Shown one piece after another: positions 1 to 12,705 of a stretch of DNA of 64,000 nt; positions within the stretch are counted from its first letter, which is position 1, and each line of letters begins with the position of its first letter. Under the pieces are notes generated by a model that saw only the letters and a program-made list of their open reading frames with translations, searched no databases and was not told the DNA's origin. The DNA is taken from contig MU053594.1 in the NCBI GenBank assembly GCA_013239625.1, forward strand, positions 2,360,127 through 2,424,126. The letters run 5' to 3'. The translations under genes and the position numbers were made by a program. Origin of the DNA: Lama guanicoe (taxonomy: Eukaryota).

Positions 1-799
1 AAAATATCAAGGGTGTCATCTCTGTTCTTATAGGTAGGACAGATAATCTCTCCAAACGCTTTCTGGGTTCTCATTGTTCTGACCTCTCAGGGTCCATCAG
101 AGTAGCTGCCCCTGGCTGGGTGGAGGTTCTTCAATAAATCGGACCATAGCTATTCATTCAACACCTACATCACGCCCAGCACAGAACAGGGACATGGGGA
201 CTTGCTGTGTTAAAAAGAGCAGGACATGGTCTCCTTTCACAAAGAGTTAGTAGTCTAGTTGGAAAGATCAAACAGATGAAGCAATAGACTGATTAATAAC
301 CGAGGTGAAAAGTATCATTTAGTAATAATGTGATAACATGAAATTGTTCAGTATTGATGACGAGACTTTGGGAGATGAAATGCGACGTTGTGACCCGTTC
401 ATCTCCTGGTCTTTTTCTCAAAGGTCTAAGTTTTTGTAGGGACACTGTATGCAGCATGGGTGACATGGCCTCCTTCCCAGGGATGAAAAGAAAATCCATG
501 TGGAAGAATATACTTCTCCCAGCAGCGCATGCCATGTTCACCAGGAAGCGACTCTGTCCTTTCCTGTGTATTTTTTCATCAGAATTGGTAGAGAAGTCAA
601 TGTGAGGTCTGTTACCCCTGTATTAACTGTCATCAGCAGAGGGGACTTGAGGTCAAGGGGTTAAGTCAGAAGATGCCCTTCCCTTTCCTCCTTTCATGGT
701 GTGCTCTTACCTCCCCAGGGCTTGAAGCAGCTTCCCAATCCTGGAAACTTAGCATGCTTCAGCTCGGGGACCATCTGAAATCTTTGGTGGGCTTCAACC

Positions 800-965
800 C
801 CTTCTCTCTTAGCTGGGTGACTTGGGGCAAGTTGCTTAATCTCTTTCCGCTTTAGTTTTTCTCATCTGTACAATGGGTATGTAAAAGTGAATGTGAGGAT
901 GAAGTGAAATTAATACAGAGTACTTATTATGGTGAGTGGTACAGAGTACATTTTTTGAGAATGGC
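800..965 (+). mobile_element. MIR SINE fragment
   Basis: MIR core-like sequence: gtgacttggggcaagttgcttaatctct...tttctcatctgtacaatggg. Confidence 0.7.
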
Positions 966-2367
966 ACTTTTCTGTTATTAGCTCCCCTACTGATGTGCTC
1001 ATGTCACTCACCACCAGCATCATCCCATCAGCAGCAGTATCACCATCATCACCTCCTCATCACTGTCATCATCTAACCAGAGCATCCCATCTCCCTTCTC
1101 TTAAGACCTTTTTAAATGCCTGGCTGGTTAATCTGATAAGTATCAACTTCTCCTTGTATGACAATGGCTTAATTTGTCACCCCACTCAGACAATATCATT
1201 AGTCAAGTTTCTAGAGATGATAGAGCAACTCGCTGAAAATTAACACTGATGATTTTAGTCCCTGTGGCGGGAAGGAAAGGAAGCTGGTTTTGGTTGCATG
1301 GACTTTTGGATGCTCCTCAAATCACCTCCCCTGCAGCTGTTAGGTCTGTCCCTGAGATAAAGTCTTTCACCAACTTCTCTCCGCTTCCCCATGAGTAACA
1401 ATAAAGATAATGTAGGTAAAGGAGACCATAACCCACTAAAGGTATTTCTCTTTTCTCTCTTAATTACAGTGTCATGGTGAAGAAAAGATGCTTCATTTCA
1501 ATTTTCGTCCTTAATAGTGGGAGTGCCTGGAGGAGAACAGCAGAAATGTTTGCGGTTGAGATTCTGAAACCAAAAAAGCATGGAGTTAATTACCTTCAGC
1601 TTCCTGGACAGATTTCTGTGTACACAATTGTGTTGCGTCTTTATCACCTGCGGCTATACTTTGAGAGTTCCTAAAGTAGAGAAATTACCTGTGCTGGGTC
1701 CGGAGTCAGGCCCTAGTTCAGAACTCACAGGAATACGGGCATAAATATTACTGGAGGACCCCACCAGAGAAGTCCTTCCCCGGAGAGATGTTTATTTGGT
1801 AATTCAGAAGGGTAAAGGGACTCATTCTGCAATTTTTCCTTGGGGGCTGTCAAAGTTCCACTCTGCAAAGTGTTGTTAAGTTCCGCTGAATTTCTTCACC
1901 AAGTTGACATGGATTGCAGTGTGGAAATGAGTGCAGAGACATTTCCGATGTGGTATTTCTTTTCTTGCCTTTGGATAAAAACACAGTCAGACCTTTGTGC
2001 ACAATGTGGATTCTGAAAGGCCATGGGTGGCAGAGTGGGAGGACCTCTAAGGCATCTCAGGGGAACGCTGAGCACAAATACAGCACATGCCAACTTGCCT
2101 CAAGGCTGGGAGACCGAGGGCTTCTCTGCAGCAACGCTACTCTGCCTACACACTCAACTGAAAGGATCTGGAAGGCATCCCTCTGGCATACACATGGGGT
2201 CTGATCCATTCATCAGTGAACAAATATTTACTGAGTGTCAGCTAATGCCAAAGCTCTTCTAGGCGCTGAGAATACAGCAGTGAGCAAAAATAGGCAAATA
2301 TCCCACCTGATATAAATTCACTTTTCCTAGGATTGGCTTAATATTGTTATTGTGTTTTCTCTGATTA

Positions 2368-2530
2368 TATGTGTGTGTATGCATACATATACGTACATAT
2401 ATGTGTGTATGTATATATATATATATGTATACACGTATATGCATAAAATATGTACACATGCTTAGATTTTATATATAAATCTTAGATTTCTCAGATTTAC
2501 ATATAAATAACACATAAATATAAATATATT
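2368..2530. repeat. (TG/TA/CA)n low-complexity microsatellite
   Basis: Degenerate dinucleotide runs read directly. Confidence 0.8.
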
Positions 2531-2785
2531 TTAAGTAAAAAATTTTTAATATCTCTTCATAGGCTGTATGTTCCAAGACTTCGGCAGTTGACTTTATCTC
2601 ATTATCTGCGTACAAAGCCCAGAATAAAATCAGTCATTCAAGCATTCATTCACTCCACACATTCTTTCTGAATGCCCACTCTGATTTAGGAGACGGTGCT
2701 ACGATGATGAACAGGACAGAAAATCTCTCATATGGGTTATAATGTAATTCAGTGAACATGGGGACAAAGACAGTGATGTCATAAT

Positions 2786-2939
2786 TGTTTTTTTTTGGGA
2801 GGGGTGGTGAGGGAGGTCATTAGGTTTGTCTGTTAATTTATTTCTTTAATTTTTTCATTCTTGATGGAGGTACCGGGGATTGAACCCGGGACCTCGCGTC
2901 TGCTAGGCACACACTCTACCACTGAGCTAGACCCTCCCC
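2786..2939 (-). mobile_element. tRNA-Ala-derived SINE (vic-1-like, camelid)
   Basis: The minus strand reads GGGGAGGGTCTAGCTCAGTGGTAGAG...GGGTTCAATCCCCGGTACCTCC with Pol III A and B boxes, then an A-rich tail. Related copies lie at 29577 and 59726. Confidence 0.8.
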
Positions 2940-3099
2940 TCAATGCCGCAGCTTTTTGACATTTCATTCAGGTTTAATGATGTACACGTTTAAAATCTTA
3001 CATTTGAAAATATAAATCTTACAGCTCAAGAGTAATGCCATATTCGCTGCTAGTCGACACGTTTTCAACATACATAACTTTGTCTCATGTACAGACTTT

Positions 3100-3710
3100 T
3101 TTTTTTCTTGGTTTTTTATTTTGAGATAACTTTAGCTTTACAGAAGAGTTCAAAAATAAAGTACAGAGAATTCCTAGATACCCTTCACCCAGCTTCCCCT
3201 AATGTTTAGATCTTAGGTAACTACAGTACCTTTATCAAAACTAAGAAATGAGCATGGGTATAACAGTATTAACTAGATTAGAGACTTCATTTGCATTTCA
3301 ACAGTTTTCCCATTAATGTCTTTTTTTTTCTGTTTCAGGATCCAATCCAGGATGCCTCGTGGCACTTAGTCATCATGTCTCCTTAATTTCCTGTGATCTG
3401 TGACAATTTCTCAGTCCTTCCTTGTTTTTATGACTTGGACAGTTTTGAAAAGTGCTGTTCAGGAATTTTGTGGAATATCCCTGCTGTTTCCTCAGGATTA
3501 GACTGTGGTTATGAATTTGGGGACAAGAATGTCACACAGGTGAAGTGCCCTTCTCATCGCATCAGGGGGGCATGACATCAACGTGACTTATCACAGGTCC
3601 TCTTGACCTTGGTCACTTGGTTAAGGTGATGCTTCCACTGTACAGGTTTCTCCACTGTAGTTCTTTTCCCTTTTGTATCCTCTGCATGTTAGAAACTAGT
3701 CATTCAGTCT
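3100..3710 (-). mobile_element. Old L1 (L1M-type) 3' UTR fragment
   Basis: Poly-T start followed by tttacagaagagtt...cccttcacccagcttcccctaatgtt, typical of ancient L1 3' ends. Confidence 0.65.
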
Positions 3711-4205
3711 GTGCTCAAGGGGAGGGGGACTCAGCTCCCCCTCTCACCCCCATGGAAGGCTTCCTTTCCCCTTGAGTTTTCCTCACTTATATATCCTATA
3801 AGTCCTTTAATCTTTGGGATTAAAGGCTTTAAGGATCAGAGTATTATTACCCCTTTAAGTGATGTTCAAGTTCATCAATCGAATTTGTACAGGACCTTGT
3901 TTAGAAAATCCTTTATCATTTTACACAAACTTTTATCAGGGAGAGAGAGAGGGAGGGTCTTCACTGGAGGGTTCTGAAGTTTTTGTTCTCTGTGCATTAA
4001 CTCCAGTACTACACATGAAGTAATTTGTCTTCAGTTTAATGTAGTTTTAGCAATTGCTCATTGTTCCTTAGGGCCAGTGGCTCAATAATAATTCAATTGT
4101 GGAATCACTGAACATTGGGCCTGGGTGATGTAAGAATCATTTCTTCCAGCCTCCTCAATTTACTGACGGGTAAATTGAGGCCCTGCAAGGAGGCATGGCT
4201 TTTCT

Positions 4206-5023
4206 TTTTCTTTTCTTTTAAAATCGAAGTATAGTTGATTACCACTATTAACTTCAGGCGTAAAACATAGTGATTCAATATTTGTATCCATTATACTCCA
4301 TTTAAAGTTACTACAAAACGATGGCTATATTTCCCTGTGCTGTATAATACATCCTTGTTGCCTACCTATTTTATACACAGTAGTTTGTGTGTTTTAATCC
4401 CCTGCCCCACCCCTGTCTTACCTCTCCCTCTTCCCTCTCCCCACTGGTGACCAGTAGCTTGTCCTCTATATCTGTGAGTCTGTTCATGTTTGGCTATATA
4501 CATTTATTTGTTTTATTTTTTAGATTCCACATATAAGTGATAACATGGAGAATTTGTCTTTCTCTGTCTGACTTATTTAACTAAGTATAATACTTTCTAG
4601 TACATCCACATTGTTGCAAGTGGCAAAACTTAAGTTTTTTTAACAGTAAGTGATTAAAACCATGGTGAGCTATCCCCTCACACCTGTCAAAATGCCTTTC
4701 ATCAAACAGACCACAAACAACAGATGTTGGTGAGGACATGGAGAAAGGGGAACCCTAGTACACTGTTGGTAGGAATGTAAATTGGTGCAGCCATAATGGA
4801 AAACAGTATGGAGATTCCTCAAAAAGCTAAAAATAGACTTACAATATAACCCAGCAACTGCATGGCTGGGTGTATATCTGAAGAAAAGAAAACACTAATT
4901 CAAAGAGATACATGCACCCCAGTGTTCATAGCAGCATCATTTGCAATAACCAAGATACAGATGCAGCTGAAGCGTCCATCAAGAGATAAATGGACAAAGA
5001 AGATGTGGTGTGTACACACAGAA
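4206..5023 (-). mobile_element. 5'-inverted (twin-primed) L1 insertion inside a MIR
   Basis: L1 3' end on the minus strand (about 4206-4640) joined to an ORF2-end segment on the plus strand (about 4655-5020). TSD GCATGGCTTTTCT at 4193-4205 and 5024-5036. Confidence 0.85.
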
Positions 5024-5664
5024 GCATGGCTTTTCTGAGGTCATTCAGCTTGTCAGATGGAGCCTAGTTCTCCTGCTGGACTCTTCCTGTAAATCCTCTG
5101 TCTGACCTCCCCAGCAACTGAGGGACTCTGTACCCTTTTCCCCTGACCCATCCCAGCTCTTTCCACAGAGCAGAGCCTTCCATTCTTTCTGCAGATCAGG
5201 AAAAAGATCTGCATAGGCCACCCTTAGCACAACACAGGATTAAGAGAAACACATTTTGCAAATACCTTCCCGCCCCACTCCCACACGGCTCACATCTGCC
5301 TCTCTGGGGGCAAGAGGACTTCCTGTCTTGAAGCCGCTTCCCTGCATCCCAGTCCCACCAGCCTCACTCCCAGTTTAGCCAGGCTCTGCCCCTGGCTGGA
5401 GATGCTGCAGTTTGAAAGTGGAAACTCTCCATGAATTTGGGAGTTTATTGCTGGAGACCGCTGTTGCAGGAACAATGAGAGTAGATCCCTTAGAAGACTG
5501 AGCCAGCTTAAAGCCAGAAAAGGACTAAGTTAACAGGTCTTAACTTCCTGAGAGGCAGTGAGAACTCAAAGCTTGCATTTGGTAGAAGAATCTGGAAAAA
5601 CGTTGTCCTCTTCCCCTCTACCACTCTTGCCAACTGGGGTTGAAAGGCAGTGAGATAGACAGCT

Positions 5665-6165
5665 TGTTACCGAGTCCAAACTCCTCCTGCTCACCACACA
5701 ACAGGCCAATAAATCAGGAGATTAGGTGTTGGGGAAAGGAATAGCCTCTTTATTTGGAAAGCCGGCAGACCAAGAAGATGGCAGACTAACCTCCGGGAGA
5801 ATCATCTTCCCCCCAGTTAGAGTTCAGGCTCCTTTTATACTAAAAAGGGGAATAGGCATGCTTGCTGCAAACTTCTTGGTGTCCGAATCCTTTGTTCTGG
5901 CTGCTGTCTACGTGGGTCAGGTCATGGTGTCCCTGTAAACCTCCAACCAAACAAATGTTATTTTCTATTCAGCAACTTCTTATCTTTATGTGAATGCAAA
6001 AGTGTTAATACCTTTAAATTTCAGAGCCTTGGGGGATCCTGTATATTTCAGGGTACAGGCAATATTCTTTTACAAAAGATGCAGAACCAGCCCAGGGAAC
6101 ACAGCATGGGTTAAAGCCAAAGGAACAGATCTAATATGGACTCAGATTTGTTCTTTTCTATTACA
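5665..6165 (-). mobile_element. Solo LTR (ERV1-like)
   Basis: TG...CA termini (tgttac...ttaca), about 500 bp. Minus-strand TATAAAA (5833-39) lies upstream of minus-strand AATAAA (5749-54). No clear TSD. Confidence 0.65.
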
Positions 6166-6919
6166 GTCTGGTTGAGTGTGCTCAGCCCAGGAGATCTGTG
6201 ATTTTTCTCCTAGTAAAAGAAATGAAGCTTGAAGTCCCCTCCCCACCTATGCAGAAGGGGAGCAGCAATGATTGGGTCCTTAAGGAATTGTTCTCCAGGA
6301 GCTCTCTGGACAAGAAAGGGCACGAGGGGTCAGGGGCAGGGCTGGAAACTTAGTGTTATGCTGGGGTTCAGTCAGAAGATCTGACTACTTGGGCTTTTTG
6401 CTTGGCCCATTTTGACCGTCTTGCCACAGCTGGTGAGACTGAGAAGCAGAGAAAAATTGGGGAGAGTGTCCAAGGAAGCGGTTGTAATTGTAGTATCAAG
6501 GGCTCCTGCAACAGGCACTCAGCAGCCCGACAACCCTCCTGGGGAAGTGAGTAAAGACGGCTTTGGGTGCCTCCATTTCCCTCCCCTTCGTGTGCCTCGT
6601 CCACACGTCCTCCTTGGACAAGGGTCTTCAGTACTCACTGCCTTCCCTCCGTTAAAATCTCTCAGGCAAGAGGAGGGACTCATTCATACTAGCGTGTAAA
6701 TCACTGATTCCACTTCAAAGTGTAAGCCCTGTAGAGGGACGGTTGCCTTTAAACAGGGGTAAACACGTCCATGTGGTCCTCGGCCTCGGTTGTGCTTCAG
6801 TATTGCTGGTGGTTCGTTGATAAACAAGGAAGCCTGGCCCCACTCAAACTCTATACGTGTTAAAATTGCCACAGGTGATTCTCATGACGCACAATCAGGC
6901 TTGAAAACCAATCCGAGTT

Positions 6920-7103
6920 CGGTGAGAGCTTCTGTGTGGTCCCTGAACCGGCAGCATCAGTCTTACCTGGAACTTAGGAACACAGGTCTGGGGTCCTGAG
7001 TCAGACCTCCTGAATTGGAAACTCCAGGGGTGGGGCCCAGCCATCTGGGTTTTATTAAATCTTCCAGGTGATTCTGACGCGTGCTAAAGTTTGACAACCG
7101 CTG
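6920..7103. mobile_element. MER5A-like hAT-Charlie MITE
   Basis: gtgtggtccctgaaccggcagcatcag...ggggtggggcccagc...ccaggtgattctga...aagtttgacaaccgctg. Confidence 0.7.
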
Positions 7104-7624
7104 TTTTCAGGGAAAGGACCAACGGTCTGACTGGCACATTTTGATCAGGAATGGGGGCAAAGCTGGATGGAGGGCAGGAGAGCCCTCTGAAGCCACATTC
7201 CGTAAGTGGTGGGCTGGTCTCTGTAGGTGTAAAGCCATCTCTGGTTACTTGTTGGTCAGTCAACTGAAGGTGACTCTGATTCCTAGACCATCAGCAGTGT
7301 CAGAACCTTGTCTTTCAAATAGGAAGGACAGCTTTACTTAGAGTGGCAGCAACATACTGGGTGGTAGTGTTGATCGGTGGTGGTTATGTCGGTGGTCATA
7401 ACTGGCTACCTTCCTTCCTCTTATGCCCCACAAGCCACAGACCACAAGTGAGGCTGGTGGACAGGGCGGAGGCAGAGAATAAGGTTGTGGTAGGGGAAGT
7501 AGATGCTTTGATTTGTTAAGCTAAATTGGACTGAATTAGAGGCCATGGAACTCTACGTGCAATGTTTCTTTCATTGCAAACTTTGTTGCAAAAATAGTGA
7601 TCCTCAAGGACTCACCTGAAGGGT

Positions 7625-8099
7625 TGTAACTGAGCAGGACCCCATGGGGCCTCCCAAGGTCAACCCCTCGCCCATATCCTCTGCTGCAGCTCCTCTCTGA
7701 AGCACCCAGGTAATAGTATCTCATGTATATTTCCTGAGTTTTTCAGATGCTAAAAACCACCACCCAAGGGAAGAAATGAGCTACTTGATGATCATGAGCA
7801 TGTGGCCCCCAGACTTCTGATACCTGGGGGTTGATAGTGTTGACCACCCTGTTACCTCGACATCAAACAATCAGAAGACTGTGCACAAGCTGATCATGTA
7901 CCCTGCGACCCCCCTCCCTTACCTGGCTTTTAAATATGCCTTGCTGAAACCCTTCAGGGAGTTCGGGGTTTTCTTGGGCATGAGCCACCCCATCCTCCTT
8001 GCTCGGCCCTGCACTAAACCTTTCTCTGCTCCAAACGCCGATGTTTCAGTTTGTTTAACATCACGATGCAGCAGGCACGTGACCTTGCCTTTGGTAACA
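7625..8099 (+). mobile_element. Solo LTR (ERV1-like) with 4-bp TSD
   Basis: TGTAAC...TAACA termini; GGGT duplicated at 7621-24 and 8100-03; TATA-like TTTAAATA at 7929-36; poly(A)-position hexamer reads ACTAAA (8013-18). Confidence 0.8.
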
Positions 8100-8229
8100 G
8101 GGTAACATCTTCAAGCTCTGAAGCATTGTATGTGGGAAAGTTGTCTTGAACATTGGCTAAAATGTGAGGATGCCTCGATTCTATTGGACCAGCACTATTC
8201 TTGGTCCTGGGAATATATCGATGAGCAAG

Positions 8230-8780
8230 AGGGATGTTGTCCGTAGTCTCAGGATGTAGGAGGGAAAACAAACAGGTGAGAAGACAGCTGATGAAGAGAA
8301 GACATAGGAAGGATGCTGTGTGAGCATCTGGCTGTTTCTCTGATCTAACTTCTGGGGCTCAGGTAAGTCCCCTCTGGGTAAGCGATGTTTAATCTGAAAA
8401 CTGCACGTTTAACAGGAATTAACCAGGTGAAGGCACTCAGGGGAGGGAAGAAAAGAGTGGGGAGATGAACATTATAGACAGAGGAAGAGCTTGTGTGAAG
8501 GCCTGGAGTTGAGAGGGAGCCTGGAATGGACGTTTTAAGAACTGCCAGCTGAATATACCGATCTTAGAAAGCACAAGGGGATGTTAGAAGGTGAGGTTAG
8601 AAAGGTAGCAAGTCCGGATCCCCGAGGGCCTAGGAAGTTAGATGAGGGATTTGGACGAGGGCCGAAGGGCAGTTGGAAGCCTCTGAGAGTGGCAGAAGAT
8701 GACAGATTTGCATGAAAAATAAATCTCTTGGCTGCAGTTTGGATTGGAGAGGGGAAGAGTGGGTATTGGGAGACAGGAGA
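8230..8780 (-). mobile_element. L2 fragment
   Basis: Purine-rich degenerate L2-like sequence (gaggaagagcttgtgtgaaggcctggag..., gggcagttggaagcctctgagagt). Confidence 0.5.
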
Positions 8781-11439
8781 TGTGTGTTGTACAGACCAAA
8801 TGTATGAATGTTTGCTTAGGAAAAATCTGAAATGAAATAAATTATGAGGTTAAAATTGTGTTTGCACTTTCCTTCTTTTTCAGCCTGAGTTATGCTGCTT
8901 TGGATGCACCGGATCTATGGTAGCCGTATTCAAAGAGTGTGTAAGTATTGGACACATGGCGTATCTAGACAGCGCGTAAGTAAGACGCCTAACACTAATT
9001 AAATGCTAGTTGTTTGCAAATCACAATATAAAGCATCGTACTGGACACCATGGGGGATTCCAAGCAGGCTTAGTCCTTGACCGCAAGAAACCAACAACTG
9101 AGTTATGGAAATAAACAAAATAAACAAAAACACATGTTCATTGAAAATTCAAGCAGTATGTGATTATTAATAAGAAGAAAAAATTGAGGATGGACAGAAT
9201 CATAAATATGCTAAAAAGAGTGTCTGAAGCAGTTTCATGAAACATGTAGATTTGGGCAAGGCTCGGAGGATCCTGGGAAGTGAGTCGACAGCCAAGCATG
9301 AGAAGGACATCCTAGCTGGGGGAGGTGTGTGAGCAGTGGGCATTGCAGTTGGATCCACATTTGTGGTTTCAATTTGTCTTGGTTTTCCAGGAAAGTCGAC
9401 CAAACCTCAGGCACAATAGTAAACCGCGCTAGGTTTTGGCCAAGAAGAAGTGTGTGACAAATGTGGCCGTCTTAATTAGTGGTCCCTTTTCTGGTGTATT
9501 TGCTGGAACTGCAGCAGAACAGAGGCCTATGAGTGGACTTGCTGGAAAGGCAGGTGGGGCTAATTTGGAGGGGGCCTGGGACGGGCGAGTGGGGGGCCTG
9601 CACACGACCTCAGAGGAGTGCAGTGGGCCTTCCGTAACTGACTGGTCAGCCGAGAAATCAGCGTGCTCTGATTTTTAGACCCTTACCGAGTACTGAGGCA
9701 GTTGGGAAGTTTCATATAACAGAAAGGGCCATTTCTAAAGTCCTAGCCCTCACTCCCCACAAGCCCCAGTGCTTTGCCCCTTAGCACTGAGAGTGCCTGC
9801 TCTTGGGCAGGAAGTTCAACTATTCTGAAGGGGAGATTTGGCTCTGATTGCCCTTGAGTTTCAGGTACAAGCTGCCTCTTGATGGCCACCTGCCACTGCC
9901 GTGGCCAGGGCATAGGGAGGAGGTTGAAGGGCAGGGGGACTGAAAGGAGACCCTGCAACAGCAGAGGCAGGTCTGGGCCAGGAGGAGAGAAGACAGGTGT
10001 GTATTTGAGGTGGCTTCTGGGAGATACCTGTCCTGGCCAGCAGGCCAGGATGCAGCTGTGCGATGCAGGGAGCATGTCTCAAAGTCTGTGAAGTGAGTTC
10101 AAAAGGGATGTCACGGGACAGAGTGCTTCCAACTGTGTGTTCTGTGCATGTGCTGTCTGGACTAACAGCCAGGGAAGCTAAAAAGTGGGGAGACCCCAAG
10201 GCAGACCATGGGCCCCACCTCGTTTTCACTAGAGTTGGTCCTCTTCTATCTGTTTTATACTTTGGGGATCTGCTTCATCATTCATTTTGGGGGGAAAAAA
10301 GGATTCTGATGACAGAAATCAGTTAATAGTCTTTGTAAATGATACGACTTTCACAGCACGATGTTTTGGTACCTGCTTTCAGGCTTGAAGACGTGTCCCC
10401 AAATAGGAGAGGACTTGTTGAGCACCCCAGCTCCGTGGTGCCCCCCGAGGTGGCGGTGCTGAGCCCCAGGACCGGCAAGGCTGCGCAGGGGTCGTTGGGG
10501 GCAGCAATGGGGAGCAAGTGCCAGAGAGCTGCCACAGGAGGGGGAACAATGAGCCAGTGTCAGTGCTGCCCGGGGGCCCCGTGGAGGTGACAGTCCACCC
10601 GGGCTGTGGAGGCGTGTTTGTCCAGGCAGGAAGCCACAGGGGATCCCGCGCCAGCCTCCCTTGGCACAGCTCCTGACCGCACCTGCGGCGGAGCCTCCGG
10701 CCCCGGAGGAGGGAGGTGGCAGGAGCTGCTGCTGGGAAGCCTGCCCCGCCCACCTGGCCAGGCCAGTCCTCCCCTTATTGGTTGTTTCTGCTCTCCGACG
10801 CCCCCCGCACCCCCCCTCCCCGACTCCCGGCTCCCGCTCCAGGAGGGATTCTCCACTGTGTTCAGGTCGCTCAGCTTCTCCCTGGTCACCTCATGACCTC
10901 ACTGTCCGGGAGACATTCCCTGAGCGGGGGGCGGGCCTCGGGGACTAAGATCTCACGAAACAGCTTCCAAGGGGGAAGGGTCCGAAGGAGACAGGCGCCT
11001 CTAGGCTCTCATCGCCATATAATACATGGCTTTATAAGGATGCCGGGGCTCTCCCGCTGTGTGAAGACTCTTGGGTCAACACAAGTTGAACCATATATCG
11101 GTGGGTGGGAGCTGTTGTGCGCCAAGACAGCACCATGCCTGGTGTCATTCACCGGGGGTTGAGGCTCGCCTCTCCGACTAGGTATGAGGTTGGGTGCAGG
11201 TCTGTGAAGGAGTCGGGGTGGGCCCACGTGGGGATGCACAGTGGAAATGAAGGGGCTGTGGAGGTGGGACGTGGATCTGGCATTAATCCAAACATTGTGT
11301 ATGGAAAAGGCAGGGCCTGGGAGCCGATGGGAAGAGCTGGGCATGGCAGGTTCTGAAGGCTGGACTTGGTTGGGTGTCTTCACCTGCCACTCCCCCCTGT
11401 CCTGGTTCCCAGTGCAGTCCCTCTGTCCCAGTGTCCAGT

Positions 11440-11700
11440 AATATAATGGCCAACATTCGTTGGGTACCTACCATCGCTGGCGTTGTGGTACTCCTTTGCA
11501 TGCAGCATTTGATTTGATTCTCACAACAGCCTGGAAAGGAATTATTATCTGTATTTTACAGGAATTATTATCTGTATTTTATTGAGACATGGAGTATCAG
11601 GTGATCACCTGCTCAAGGTAACACAGTGTTAAGCGGTAGATTCAGGATTTGAACCCAGATCTAATCCAGAGATCAAATTCTTAACTGCATTTCACTATGG
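11440..11700 (-). mobile_element. MIR fragment with internal 23-bp tandem duplication
   Basis: MIR-like ctcacaacagcc...ctcaaggtaacacag...caggatttgaacccag; aggaattattatctgtatttta occurs at 11537 and 11560. Confidence 0.65.
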
Positions 11701-12705
11701 ATTCTTCTAGAAGGTATCAGCCTGTCTCAGCTGTGCTGTTACTAAGGGGGGGGGGATTCAAGTTCACGTTTGGAGGGAGCTATTCAAGGGGTAGCAGAGC
11801 TCCCTGGGAGGCAGAGCTGCAGGGTGAGGTGGAGGTTGGGGGCCAGGTCATGCCTTTTGGTCCATTATCCTGCCCCTCTAGAGCCTCCCCACGCGAGGCC
11901 TGAGATACTCTAGTCTGACTTTAGTAATTTGGGAGCCATCCTGCATGGCTTTTTTCTGCAACCTCTGCCCAGCTGTCCCCCAAAGATGGGAGTGGCTATT
12001 GAGGAAGTTCCCTTCTGGGTCTTCAGAGGGTTCATCTGAAATTTACGGCTAATGTAGAAGATCTCCAAATACACCAGCATCCCAGAGACCCACACTCAGC
12101 TCCTGCCAGGTTTCAGTGTGTCATTCTCAGGCGTCCTCAGGGACTGAGACCCACAGTCAGCAGCAGATGCCTCCTAAGGGCATTTGGAAGGCTGCACAGG
12201 GTAGGTATGAAAATATTTGGTGTCTGCCATTTGCTCTGATCAATCTGATTGGTCCAAGCTGGCATTACAATCTTCGACAGATGGGAGCACATGGCTGCCG
12301 AGATTAGGTTATGTGACTCAATGTTATTTTTAAACTGTGATTTAGTAACTTGGTTTTTGGACTGAGAGACATAGCAGGAGAGCTCCATGGTGTGGACTTG
12401 GAGGAAGCCTGGGGGAGATTGAGATGGCCTGAGCCCAGGTGATCTCTGTCCTTCTAGCCATCTTTGTACTTGTTGGCATGTATGTTTATGCAACCAGGTG
12501 ACTCTATCTGATCTATCATCACTCCATTATGTGATTTCTTGCTTCTCTGTGGTCCAGGCAGTACCACGGGACTCCCTTTGGGACCCAGCCTCAAGTCCAT
12601 CTGTGGATTGTAATAGTAACAGTTCTGCTTTACAAGCTTATCATTTGCCAAGCACTGTTGTAGTGTTTTACATACAATCTTCATAGAAATCTCATAATAT
12701 GTGTG

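Noticed and set aside
10323..11501. Dense overlapping ORFs on both strands
   Set aside because: Expected in GC-rich DNA; Pro/Gly/Arg-rich with no recognisable domain or exon structure.
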